DNA from: a bacterium
GTDB lineage: Bacteria > Zhuqueibacterota > Zhuqueibacteria > Oceanimicrobiales > Oceanimicrobiaceae
Assembly: GCA_046757025.1 (NCBI GenBank)
Contig: JBHHXN010000057.1
Location: 1-27,619, forward strand
DNA length: 27,619 nucleotides
Direction: 5' to 3'
The notes below the pieces were generated by a model, which ran no database searches, was not told the DNA's origin, and saw nothing but the letters and a program-made list of their open reading frames with translations. This document shows positions 8,861 through 18,092 of this stretch, in pieces (the stretch's first letter is position 1; each line of letters starts with the position of its first letter). A program made the position numbers and the translations under genes.

Positions 8861-10120
8861 TCATGACAGTTGTTGCCTCTTTACACGAAACTTCTGGTAG
8901 ATACGCGGCAGCTCAGCGAGACCGGGTCGGGGGTCATCGAAACAAAGCAGATCAAATTTGTTGCGCGGATCGAACAGGCTCAGAAACGCACTCAACGCTT
9001 GCACACGGTTGGGCATGGGTAAAAAGGAAACCTTTTGCCGGCGGATGAGCACCGAAACCATCCACATCAAATCGCGGCCGAGATCCCGGCATTTCAAGCC
9101 GATTTTATATTCGGAATTGAGTTGTGGTTTTACCGCGTCGGCGCCGTTCAGATACAGCTCGACCAGCATTGCGGGAAAATCCACACCGCTGGCAATCGCC
9201 AGGGGGAGCGAGCCCCAAACCCGGCCGTTGATTTCCATCAGCTCTGCGCGCTCATTACCGACTTTGAATTCCACCATGGCCAGGCCGGTCCAGCGCAGCT
9301 CTTTTAAAATACGGACGGAATATTGGTAAAGCTCCGGATGCAGCCGCACGCTTTCGCGGTAGGCGCTGGGGCCGCCGGTGAGCGGTACTTCCCGCAGCCG
9401 TTTGTGTTCGAATGCCGCCAGCGGCCGGCCTTCGTGCATCAGCAGCTCCACGCCGTAGCCAATGCCTTCAAGATAGCGCTGCAACAGCACCGAGCACTTG
9501 CCTTCCAGCTCCGACATCTGGCGCTGTAAATCTTCTGCATCGTTGGCGTAGGAGACTGAGTATTTTTCGATGCGTTCGCCTTGCCGTAAAAGCCGCGAAA
9601 TCTGCGGTTTTAACACCACCGGCCATCCGAGCTCCTTGGCTTTGGCCAGAGCTTCCGCAGCCGTTCTCACGGTAAAAGTGGCCGGGGTGGGCACCCCCAG
9701 TTTTTGCGCGATTTGCACGGTTTGGTCTTTATCGGTCACGGCCTGCAACAGCTCATTTTCGGGAATGGCCAATTTGGTTTTACCGGAAAAATCTTCTCGG
9801 CGACTGGCAAGCGGTTGAATGACTAAATCGGTCACGGGCAGCACCAGGTCAATCCCCTGCTTCTGCACCGTATCTAAAATAAAATCACAAAATTCCTGCG
9901 GCTGGGATTCCGGATTGGGGTACACTACTTTCTCCCGGGCGTAGCGCGACTGAAACCCGAGACTGCGCGGGTTCGAATCCGCTGCCACCACCCGGTAACC
10001 CTTTCGCCCCAGAGATCGAATAATAGCGATGGCGCTGCCGCGATGGCTGTCCGTGACGAGAATTTTGGGCATGGCGCCGTTTTTATCAGACATTCGTTTT
10101 TTTTTGAAATTCATTTGCAT
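8861..10120 (-). CDS. ATP-grasp carboxylate-amine ligase family protein
   Basis: Motifs IRSLGRKG, DK...GVPTPAT, PVVLKP, LLQRYLEG, MVEFK and LMEINGRVWGSLPLAIASGVDFP. The true start may be 10093 or 10072. Confidence 0.9.
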   Translation of the reverse strand: MQMNFKKKRMSDKNGAMPKILVTDSHRGSAIAIIRSLGRKGYRVVAADSNPRSLGFQSRYAREKVVYPNPESQPQEFCDFILDTVQKQGIDLVLPVTDLVIQPLASRREDFSGKTKLAIPENELLQAVTDKDQTVQIAQKLGVPTPATFTVRTAAEALAKAKELGWPVVLKPQISRLLRQGERIEKYSVSYANDAEDLQRQMSELEGKCSVLLQRYLEGIGYGVELLMHEGRPLAAFEHKRLREVPLTGGPSAYRESVRLHPELYQYSVRILKELRWTGLAMVEFKVGNERAELMEINGRVWGSLPLAIASGVDFPAMLVELYLNGADAVKPQLNSEYKIGLKCRDLGRDLMWMVSVLIRRQKVSFLPMPNRVQALSAFLSLFDPRNKFDLLCFDDPRPGLAELPRIYQKFRVKRQQLS

Positions 10121-10179
10121 TCACTTAACTATTTGTAATTGCAGCAAGTAGCCCCCATTTATCTCCCCTCAAAGATTCC

Positions 10180-10971
10180 CTAAACCGCTCCCTTCTGATT
10201 GAAATTACAAATCAATTCCCTTACCTCTTTCACTACCTGGTTCAAGCTGCGATTGGCGTCTACCAGAGCAAAATTTTTTGCTACGTTTTTCAAACTTTGA
10301 TATTGCTGGCGACGGCTTTCGATATATTCCACTGAAAATTCTTTTTTTCGTTTAAAAATGATTTCGGCGGGTGCGTCTAAACAGATCACTAAATCGGGAT
10401 CCGGAATGGTATGTTTCAGTAGAAATCCGTGCAGCCGGCGTTTCAAGGTTCGATGACCGTTTTGCGCTGCGATATCAAAGTGGTAGTAATCGTAAACAAA
10501 ATGCCGATCCATCAGCACCACAAATCCCCGGCGCTTAAAATAAGCCACCATAAAATAACGATACCATTCGTCCAAAATGCGGTTTACAAATCCGATGGCC
10601 TTTTTGACCAGTTTCATAATCCGCTGTCCGCCGGAGCGCGGCGATTCTGACTGCGCAGCCCGTCGTTTAAAATCGGCCGGCGATGGCGCCCTCGTGAGTT
10701 TCTGGCCCGTGCCTCTGCGCTGCTGGCGTTTTTTCCACCAACGTGTGGTGGGTAAAATGTAGTTGCACGATTCGATGTTATCTCCCATGTAGATGTATTT
10801 CACCGCCATGGGCAAAAGCTCCTTCACCTTTGCCGTAACCGTGGTTTTGCCCACGCCATCCGGACCGATCAAGCACACCGTAAACCGACTACGACCGTGT
10901 GTACGAACGACTGTCACCTCCGATTTCACTAGACCTGCGCTTTTACAATTTTTTTCGGAATTCCTGGACAT
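10180..10971 (-). CDS. Thymidylate-kinase-like P-loop kinase (substrate unknown)
   Basis: P-loop GPDGVGKTT, DR motif (LMDRHFVYD), PDPDLVICLDAP...KRK.E and VDANRS. Paralogous to the C-terminal half of 19671-21041. Confidence 0.8.
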   Translation of the reverse strand: MSRNSEKNCKSAGLVKSEVTVVRTHGRSRFTVCLIGPDGVGKTTVTAKVKELLPMAVKYIYMGDNIESCNYILPTTRWWKKRQQRRGTGQKLTRAPSPADFKRRAAQSESPRSGGQRIMKLVKKAIGFVNRILDEWYRYFMVAYFKRRGFVVLMDRHFVYDYYHFDIAAQNGHRTLKRRLHGFLLKHTIPDPDLVICLDAPAEIIFKRKKEFSVEYIESRRQQYQSLKNVAKNFALVDANRSLNQVVKEVRELICNFNQKGAV

Positions 10972-11045
10972 TTATTAACTTGATTTCCAATCGTTCATCT
11001 ACTTTAACCATTAAATATTACCCTCGAATGCCTTGCTTCGAAGAA

Positions 11046-12092
11046 TTATCGCGCCTCCCTAAAATCCAGTTCCTCAAAATACTCCACGGCGTGCTGCCAC
11101 AGGGCAAAATACCGGTTGTGGCGGAGCCAGTCGGCTGTGGTCGCCGACATCCTGGTCGGATCGCTTTCCTGCTGGTGCAGCCGCATGGCCAGGCCGGCGA
11201 CGTAACGGCACCAGCACAGCACAAACAGCGGCTTTAATTGTTTGGCAGAAATTTGCAGGGCATGGCCGTATTTTTGAATGTGGGGTTTAGCCCAGGCATT
11301 TGCACCCCAGAAAGCGTTGTGGAAAGCCGCGAGGTAGTGCGTGCGTTTGCGCGCGGTTTTTCTGGCAAAAGCGAGGTAAGTCAAAAAGAAAAATAAATCG
11401 GCGGCCGGCAATCCTCGAGGTTCGGCAAGCTCCCAATCCACCACCGCAATTTGATCAGGCGCGGCAAACAGAATATTGGGTGCGCTGAAATCGCCGTGCT
11501 CAAACACCAGAGGCAGCGTGTCATTCCACAAGGTATTCGTGATTGTGCGAGTTTTTTGCAGCAAAGTTTTTTCTGCAGCCGATAGCGGTACGGCAGCGTT
11601 CAGATTCTGCAGTGGTCGTTGAATCAACCTCTCGAACCAGGTGCGGTCTGCTTCGGTTTTTGTCCTCGAAATCAAATGCAAGTCAAGCAGCCAACCCAAG
11701 CCGGTCTGCAAGCAGCTCTCAGGCATTTTCCGTACCGTTGACTGGCGCATGGTATCGAACGGCAGGGCGGTTTCCACCAGCAACCGGTGCTCCAAATAAT
11801 CTTCATAAGCGATGACACTCGGAATGGATTCAAATCCGCTTGGCTTTAGTGTGTGTACCCGGCGCAGGTTCTCCACTTCCCGATCCAGACGCCGGTGGTC
11901 TCCCGGCAGTCGCGGTACTTTCACCACCAGAAACGGCTGCGAGCGATTTTCCGATAGGATGAACAGGATCAAATGGCTGGAAGCTTTGAAGCGCGGCGTC
12001 ATCCACACGCAGGACCAGCGCGACGGCGCGCCATACGCTTGCAGCTGCAAACGCCGTCGGTTTTCGGTCAAAAAAGTCAGAACCGTATTCAT
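11046..12092 (-). CDS. Aminoglycoside phosphotransferase/choline kinase-like protein
   Basis: VVK lysine, Brenner motif HGDFSAPNIL and VVDWE. Likely start is the ATG at 12092 (MNTVL), 8 nt after the upstream stop; the track start at 12134 is a TTG. Confidence 0.85.
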   Translation of the reverse strand: MNTVLTFLTENRRRLQLQAYGAPSRWSCVWMTPRFKASSHLILFILSENRSQPFLVVKVPRLPGDHRRLDREVENLRRVHTLKPSGFESIPSVIAYEDYLEHRLLVETALPFDTMRQSTVRKMPESCLQTGLGWLLDLHLISRTKTEADRTWFERLIQRPLQNLNAAVPLSAAEKTLLQKTRTITNTLWNDTLPLVFEHGDFSAPNILFAAPDQIAVVDWELAEPRGLPAADLFFFLTYLAFARKTARKRTHYLAAFHNAFWGANAWAKPHIQKYGHALQISAKQLKPLFVLCWCRYVAGLAMRLHQQESDPTRMSATTADWLRHNRYFALWQHAVEYFEELDFREAR

Positions 12093-12100
12093 AAATTCAA

Positions 12101-12811
12101 TCAAACGCGCTTGCAAGCCACCAGGCTCAGACAAGGCGCCAGGTATTTCAGCAAGTTTAATTTATTCAAAAAACCACCGCCCGCTATTTTGAGCTTGCCA
12201 ATTAAATCGGCCCGTTCACGTGAGAAAAAATAATTCAACGCGGTTTCGTCATTCAGTGAAACGATATCGAGACAATTTTCAAAATTGGGTCGATGCCAGT
12301 AAAATTCAATTTCCCGAAATCCGGCCAGCTCGCACAGATTGGCTGCCTCATTTAAATGGCTGGCCGCAAAACCTGAGCGCTTCTTTTCAGACACGAAATC
12401 TTTTAGCCATTGCCACAACGACCTAAGCTGAAATTGGCGATCGATCTCCCAGTACAAAAAGCCGTCGGGTTTCACCAGCGCAGCGGCTCGCTGCAATTCA
12501 GAACCATCCGAAGAGCAGACCACCAGCAAATCAAGCGCTTTATCGGGTGAGCTGCGGTGCGGGTCCGAACAGCTTTTATTCAGCAAGCACACGCTTTCGC
12601 TAAAATAGCGCAAGGCTGAAATCAGGATCGGTTTTTCAGCGCCGATGTAAGCCACACGCCGCAGCTGCGGATCCGGCAAAAGAAAGCGCCAATCTAGTCT
12701 GCGAATCAATTCACTTTCTGCCAAGCTCTCCTCCACCCGAGCGGTCCGATTTGGAGACAAGTCAACTCCCGTTGTCTGTGTTGCAGTGGAAATCATTTCG
12801 GTTTGTTTCAT
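12101..12811 (-). CDS. Hypothetical protein with a degenerate class I SAM-methyltransferase-like fold
   Basis: Motifs DLLVV...LVKPDGFLYWEI and LAGFREIEFYWHRP, with no GxGxG loop (VAYIG instead). DWRFLLP is shared with the N-terminus of 16369-18081. Confidence 0.6.
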   Translation of the reverse strand: MKQTEMISTATQTTGVDLSPNRTARVEESLAESELIRRLDWRFLLPDPQLRRVAYIGAEKPILISALRYFSESVCLLNKSCSDPHRSSPDKALDLLVVCSSDGSELQRAAALVKPDGFLYWEIDRQFQLRSLWQWLKDFVSEKKRSGFAASHLNEAANLCELAGFREIEFYWHRPNFENCLDIVSLNDETALNYFFSRERADLIGKLKIAGGGFLNKLNLLKYLAPCLSLVACKRV

Positions 12812-12836
12812 GCCAACGGTACCCTCAGTTCAACAC

Positions 12837-14462
12837 TCAAGGCGTTTGCAAGGGAGTAGAATTAAAGGGTACGCTTTCCACCGTTCTCACCTTTGGGGTG
12901 GTTTGCTCCTCTTTCTGCTCGGTTTCGGCCGCCATTTCGCGATAAATATGCACAAAAGCGCCAGAGATGGCCAGGAGAAACCACAAATATCTCTGATACG
13001 AAAGATGGAGAAAAATCGCGGTTCCGAGGTATGCCAAAATCGCAAACCACAACGACATGGCGAGGTACGCCATGTCCGGTTTCAATTTCACACTTGCACG
13101 TCGGATATGCCAGAGCCGGTACATCATCAGAAAAATGATGCTCATGAACACTCCGAATCCTAACAGGCCGAATTCCGCCATAAATTCAAAATACAGCGTA
13201 TGCGCTCTTCTATTTCTACCGAGAAAGCGGAAGGCGATATCCGGGTCGCTTTGGTACTCGTTGGAGTAAAATTCAGTATATTGCGCCGGTCCCACGCCGA
13301 GCACCGGATAATCGAGAAAAGCCATGAAAGCCGCCAGCATTTCCGTGAGCCGGCCGCGGGTGGTGCCGTCCGGGCGCACTTCGGCTGATTTTGAAAACAA
13401 TCCTTCGATGCCGCGTAACGTGTCCACTCGGGCAAAATAACCCGGCGCCGCCACGATCATCATCAGAATCACCACCAGCACCGTAGCCACAATTTGCCCG
13501 GGACGAATGTACTTAAAAAGTGCCAGCAGAAAAAACAGCATCACCATAGTTAAAAAAGTGCCGCGGGAATATGTGAGCAAAACCCCGCCTAAAATGATCA
13601 GGGTGGAAAACAGGGCAAAATATTTCAAAAACTTTTTACGCTCCCCCCAAAACCGGAACAGCGCCAGGGGCAACAGCACTACCATGATCTGGGCATAACG
13701 GTTGGGCTTGCCGATGGGGCCGCCGGAGCGATTTTTACCGCCTACTTTTTCACGCGATTTGATGATGCCGCCCTGACCGTAAACATCGCCGTAGAATTCA
13801 TCCTCAAACTCGATCTCTTTGCTTCTCTGAGCCAGACCCCAAAATGTGGATTTGTAATCGCTAAATAGCTCCTGATACAAACTCATGCTGCCAAGAAGCG
13901 TGCCCACAAACAACAGCATCCAGACTACCTTTTTAAAGATGGTGAGGTTGCGTATGACATTCACAAACAAAAAGTACAGAGCCACGCCCTCTAACAAATA
14001 TTCCAGAATCCAGGCTAAAGAGCGATCTATATCGATGGACATCAGCAAAGTGGAAGCCGTGGCCAGGGCTAAAAACAATATCATCAACAAAAATGGGTAA
14101 TCGATGATAATTTTCTGCCGACGGATGAACAGGTAATTGGCCAGCGGCAGACAGAGCAGAAGACTGAAAGAGCCGGCCACAACGCCCGGTACACCATGCA
14201 GAGTTTTTGCCACCACCGCCAGGTTGGTGTAAAATACAAATACTACTGCCAGGGTAGCGGATTCGGGTTTGGTGATGGACAGCACCACGATGAGGACCCC
14301 GAAAACCGCGCCCAACAGCAGAGTTTTATCGGCGTTGAAAATAGTGTACCCGATGGCAGGCAGTGCCAGTAATAAAGCGCCGAACAATAAAAATGGCAGC
14401 CATTTCGATCGGGCGGAAGATAAATGGCGGATTCCGGAGGCGTTCCGTTTTTTACTCAACAT
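12837..14462 (-). CDS. O-antigen ligase/Wzy polymerase family membrane protein
   Basis: About 12 or more hydrophobic segments. Motifs GPIGKPNRYAQ, LTYSRG, R......A...F.DYPVLGVGP..Y and AHTLY.EF.AEFGLLG (Wzy_C pattern). Confidence 0.88.
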   Translation of the reverse strand: MLSKKRNASGIRHLSSARSKWLPFLLFGALLLALPAIGYTIFNADKTLLLGAVFGVLIVVLSITKPESATLAVVFVFYTNLAVVAKTLHGVPGVVAGSFSLLLCLPLANYLFIRRQKIIIDYPFLLMILFLALATASTLLMSIDIDRSLAWILEYLLEGVALYFLFVNVIRNLTIFKKVVWMLLFVGTLLGSMSLYQELFSDYKSTFWGLAQRSKEIEFEDEFYGDVYGQGGIIKSREKVGGKNRSGGPIGKPNRYAQIMVVLLPLALFRFWGERKKFLKYFALFSTLIILGGVLLTYSRGTFLTMVMLFFLLALFKYIRPGQIVATVLVVILMMIVAAPGYFARVDTLRGIEGLFSKSAEVRPDGTTRGRLTEMLAAFMAFLDYPVLGVGPAQYTEFYSNEYQSDPDIAFRFLGRNRRAHTLYFEFMAEFGLLGFGVFMSIIFLMMYRLWHIRRASVKLKPDMAYLAMSLWFAILAYLGTAIFLHLSYQRYLWFLLAISGAFVHIYREMAAETEQKEEQTTPKVRTVESVPFNSTPLQTP

Positions 14463-14499
14463 GGATATATCCCTGAAAGTTTTTCATAAATAATCTGTA

Positions 14500-14880
14500 C
14501 CCTTTCAGCTTTTGGTCTTTTGCTGTCAGCTTTTGGTAGTTGGCAATTCGCATTTGTCTTCTCGCTACCAGACTTCAGTCTGTAGATTGGGTTGTTTATC
14601 CGCTTTTTCTCTCTGGTTAACGGATTCCGCTGTTTCCAAATTTTCGTAGCTCTAAAAAATCTCATAATTTGCTATCAGATTATTACTCCCACGACACTTT
14701 CGTTTACCACGTCATTCTGAGCGATCCCGCTCAGCGGGAGAGCGAAAAATCTCTTTTTTAGGCCCTGCCTGTAGTGCATTCGCAGAGATTCTTCGTCGCT
14801 TCGCTCCTCCGAATGACAAAGTGACGTTGTAGAATTATTATCCATGACTCAAAAGCCCACAGCCAATTGCCAAAAGCAGA
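14500..14880 (-). pseudogene. Probable decayed four-helix-bundle (23S rRNA IVP-like) gene relic with flanking heptamer-like inverted repeats
   Basis: The ORF from 14665 starts MRFFRATKIWKQ...IYRL, resembling the family N-terminus M..F..L.(V/I)W.K....IY, and contains KADS, resembling a common family C-terminus. The middle is missing. It is flanked by oppositely oriented degenerate repeats (tcagcttttggt x2 at about 14505-14537; aaaagcccacagccaattgccaaaagc at 14851-14877). Family assignment is from recall only. Confidence 0.4.
14711..14817. repeat. REP/MITE-like palindromic element (GTCATTCTGAGCG...AGATTCTTCG...GAATGAC type)
   Basis: Terminal inverted repeat gtcattc/gaatgac. Inner inverted repeat cgaaaaatctct (14743-14754)/agagattcttcg (14784-14795), 11 of 12 pairs. 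Internal hairpin tcccgct-c-agcggga (14725-14739). Confidence 0.75.
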
Positions 14881-14939
14881 ATGGGCATCCTTAAAATAAG
14901 TGTCCTAAAAATAACGTTTCCCCTGCCACATCTTTCGCT

Positions 14940-16367
14940 CTAATTCACATACCCCAGAGCCCGCAGCCGTTCCGAAAGTGCTTCATCGAACACCGCTTCC
15001 CTTTTTTCTAACTGATGGTTTTCGTGCTCCCGCATCCAGTTTTCCAATTGAGCTTGCAGTTGGGCTGCAATATCGGTTTCTTTATTAATCAGATTTTGAT
15101 TCTCCTGCGGATCGGTTTGTAAATCGTAAAGCTCGTGCTCGCCTGTGGATTTCCAGATGAATTTGTATCGTTTATTTTTCAATGACTTGATCTGTATGCT
15201 GTTCAAACTTTTAGGAGCCGTGTTTTCTGAAATGGTGAATTCGCGCAACGGCTCAGCCTTCAGTTTGCACAGGCATTGAAATCCATTGCAGTTAATTTTC
15301 GCAGAAGCCACCCCAGCCAACTCCAGAATGGTCGGGAACAGGTCGCTCAATTGCACCAATTCGCTGTTGCGCACGCCGGCTTTAAAACGCTCGGGATAGC
15401 GCACGATCAAAGGCACGTGGGTTAGCTGCTCAAACAGCACTTTACGATGACCCAGCTCTTCATGCTCGCCCAGGCTGTCCCCATGATCCGACGTGATGAT
15501 GACCACGGTGTTATCCAGAAGGTTGAGGGATTTTAAAAATTCCAGCAGCTCGCCAATTTTGTGGTCGAGATAATTGAGCTCTCCGTCATAAAGCGCGGTC
15601 ATGATTTCTAAATCTTCCTTTTTCTTCCGAGGATCTCCGTTGAGCACCCGGGCTTTGTCCGGCGGCACCTGCAACACCCGCCAGGGGGAGTATTTTGACG
15701 GCATGAATTTTCGGTCGTACGGATGCGGCGGATGGTATTTTTCATGGCATTCCATGTAATTGACGAACAGGTAAAACGGCTTTTCCGCATCGCGCGAAGT
15801 CGATAGCCATCGTTTTATCATATCATTGGTCAAGCTGGCGCCGTTGTCTTTTTTCACCTTCTGGCCTTTGAAAATCTTTTTCACACGGCTGGCCATTTGC
15901 AGGAAGGCAATGAGCGGCTCGCCTGCTTTTCCAAATTTACGCAATTGAATTTTGATGTGCGACAGGCGGGTGCGTTTAATGCCGCGAGGATTGATTTTGC
16001 GCCAAACGTCTTCCAACAAATCAAAACCCTGTCCCAATCCTGTGTTTTGACTGATGTAGGCGTTGTTTGAAAAGCAGCAAGTTTGATAACCCTCTTCCTT
16101 CAAAATCTGCGCCAGCGTCGGATAATCTTCCGGCAAAGCGTCCTTAGAAATCGTCACGCCGTGGTTGAGCGGATACAAGCCGGTAAACAGCGAGGTATGG
16201 ACTGGCAGAGTCCAGCAGCCCTCTGAAGTGGTTCGCTCAAACAGCGTCCCTTCTTCGGCAAATTTATCGATATTTGGTGTGGTGGCTCGCGCATAGCCAT
16301 AACACGATAAATTGGCCGCTCGTACAGAATCCATGACAATTAAGAGGATATTCGGCTTTGGTTGCAT
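14940..16367 (-). CDS. Sulfatase-like hydrolase/transferase (alkaline phosphatase superfamily), cytoplasmic, with Thr at the nucleophile position
   Basis: Motifs PNILLIVMDSVRA, WTLPVHTSLFTG.YP..HG, TSDHGDSLGEH, HVPLIV and ELYDLQTDPQE, ending LRALGY. The ATG at 16367 has GGAG 6 nt upstream (track start 16382). No signal peptide. Confidence 0.88.
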   Translation of the reverse strand: MQPKPNILLIVMDSVRAANLSCYGYARATTPNIDKFAEEGTLFERTTSEGCWTLPVHTSLFTGLYPLNHGVTISKDALPEDYPTLAQILKEEGYQTCCFSNNAYISQNTGLGQGFDLLEDVWRKINPRGIKRTRLSHIKIQLRKFGKAGEPLIAFLQMASRVKKIFKGQKVKKDNGASLTNDMIKRWLSTSRDAEKPFYLFVNYMECHEKYHPPHPYDRKFMPSKYSPWRVLQVPPDKARVLNGDPRKKKEDLEIMTALYDGELNYLDHKIGELLEFLKSLNLLDNTVVIITSDHGDSLGEHEELGHRKVLFEQLTHVPLIVRYPERFKAGVRNSELVQLSDLFPTILELAGVASAKINCNGFQCLCKLKAEPLREFTISENTAPKSLNSIQIKSLKNKRYKFIWKSTGEHELYDLQTDPQENQNLINKETDIAAQLQAQLENWMREHENHQLEKREAVFDEALSERLRALGYVN

Positions 16368-16368
16368 T

Positions 16369-18081
16369 TTATACTCCATCATTTTGACTTAATGAAAACA
16401 ATCGTTGTAAAACAGGTGTGTTTTTATGCTCGATGGCCACCCGCAGTAAATTGACGTAGTGACCGGAATCCAGGGTTTGCGCCGACAGACGGGTGGCTTC
16501 CTTCAAGGCTCGATGTACCCAGCAGGTGTAAAACAACGGTTCAAGCAGGTTTTTGTTTATCTGCAAAGTTTCGCAATAATGTTCACAGACTTCGATTAGC
16601 AGCGTGCCCAGTTCCGAAGGCATTAAAATATTTTGCTCAAAAGCCAGCAGCGAATTGTGCACGCCGGATTTTCGAAACATAATGGTGCCAAAAGTTTTGA
16701 CAAAATAGAACAGATCCCAGAGCGGCATACCCAGCGGTTCGGCGGCTTCCCAGTCCACATACGCAATTTTCCGATTGTCGGTAATGATGACATTCCAGCA
16801 GCCGGCGTCGCCATGTTGAAACACCAACGGAAACGACGAATCGGCCAGAGCCAGGCGGTCGATCTGTTCGGAAAGAAAACTCAAATGGCTTTCGTGCATC
16901 TTATAAATTCGTGCAAAACGGCTCAACAGCTCACGCAGGGAATTGACCATTTTGGGCAGCTCGTCTTCATCGATGCGCTGTACTGTTTTTTGGGCAAAAT
17001 CCGTAAGCCAGGCGATGGTTGCCCGGGCAAACGGGCAGCCCGCAGAAGCTACTGTGCACTCGCTCAATGATTCCCCGCTGATGACTTTCTGGCCTACCAC
17101 CGCCAGATTGCCGTGATAATCCAGAAACAGCGGTTCCGGATAAGAGTCGCATTCAACGATATTTTGATCCCGTAGTTTATTCAAAGCAGTGTATTCGTTT
17201 TCCAATCGGTAGTTAAATTCCGGGCTGCGGGTCAATTTGATCACCATCACCGGTTTATCCGCTTCCCGGGAAAACAGGTAAAACACGATCTTTTTGGCAT
17301 TGTAACGCCCGCCGGCAGAAACACACCAGCTATATGCCGACAGATCCAAGCCCGCTTTCTGACCGATGGTGAGCAGATAGTCGGGCGGGGCGTCCAGAAT
17401 TTCCGGCGCGGTCATCCCCCTGATAATGGCCCGGGGATACGACCCGAGCAACTTTCCGTACGAACGCAACAGCTTATTTTTCAGCGAACGCCCGTTGAGC
17501 ATTTTTTCGGTAAAGAACTTACCTGTCTCTCGGTCATTCAGCGGAACAGCCAGCCGCATCCGTCCCAACGCGGGCGCCAGCCAGTACTCCTGAGTGTAAC
17601 CGGCGCCATCTTCAACCAAATTGCTTTTTAACAGGCGAATGAGCCGGCGGCCCAATAAGCCATCGACTTTCAAAAAGACCACACCAGTCGGTTTGAGTAT
17701 CTGAGACAATTGCATCAAATCTTGTTTACCTTTGATGATTTTGCTGAAGTGTTTGCGGGTGGTGGCGAAAACCAAATCCACGCTTTTTTCCGATAAAACC
17801 GGTTTGTACGAATCTTTGATCAGCAGCATGCGGAGGTTTTTGACATTGCGGTTGTTCAGAGCATTATAGTAGAGATCGATTTTTAATTGATGGTTAGCGA
17901 AGATGAACAGCTCCCGGCACATTTTGGACAGCACCACCGTGGTGGAAATGGGGGGCATGCCCACGCAGACAATGGTATCCATTTCCAGATTTGGCAGCAG
18001 AAACCGCCAGTCTGCCGACACCATGTCACCCTTGCGATTGGTGCCCGGTGTAAAATCCGTATTTAAAGTCGTACTCAACAT
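16369..18081 (-). CDS. Fusion of a degenerate methyltransferase-like N-domain and an APH/choline-kinase-like C-domain
   Basis: N-domain: ADWRFLLP and VDLVF...ILKPTGVVFL. C-domain: VIK, HGDAGCWNVI and VDWEAAEPLGMPLWDLFYF. ATG at 18081 (TTG at 18084). Confidence 0.8.
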   Translation of the reverse strand: MLSTTLNTDFTPGTNRKGDMVSADWRFLLPNLEMDTIVCVGMPPISTTVVLSKMCRELFIFANHQLKIDLYYNALNNRNVKNLRMLLIKDSYKPVLSEKSVDLVFATTRKHFSKIIKGKQDLMQLSQILKPTGVVFLKVDGLLGRRLIRLLKSNLVEDGAGYTQEYWLAPALGRMRLAVPLNDRETGKFFTEKMLNGRSLKNKLLRSYGKLLGSYPRAIIRGMTAPEILDAPPDYLLTIGQKAGLDLSAYSWCVSAGGRYNAKKIVFYLFSREADKPVMVIKLTRSPEFNYRLENEYTALNKLRDQNIVECDSYPEPLFLDYHGNLAVVGQKVISGESLSECTVASAGCPFARATIAWLTDFAQKTVQRIDEDELPKMVNSLRELLSRFARIYKMHESHLSFLSEQIDRLALADSSFPLVFQHGDAGCWNVIITDNRKIAYVDWEAAEPLGMPLWDLFYFVKTFGTIMFRKSGVHNSLLAFEQNILMPSELGTLLIEVCEHYCETLQINKNLLEPLFYTCWVHRALKEATRLSAQTLDSGHYVNLLRVAIEHKNTPVLQRLFSLSQNDGV

Positions 18082-18092
18082 CAAAACCGCCG

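Noticed and set aside
10180..10971. Calling this gene tmk or cysC
   Set aside because: Only general P-loop and DR motifs are present. It lacks CysC signatures, and the context argues against a housekeeping thymidylate kinase.
11046..12092. Aminoglycoside resistance gene
   Set aside because: The APH fold is shared by many small-molecule kinases. The operon context and in-locus paralog point to biosynthesis.
12092..12134. Frameshift splitting a single fused gene (as in the 571-aa paralog)
   Set aside because: The upstream ORF ends with a plausible terminal strand (APCLSLVACK), an ATG follows 8 nt after the stop, and no slippery tract is evident. A natural two-gene arrangement is more likely, though homolog comparison is needed to exclude a frameshift.
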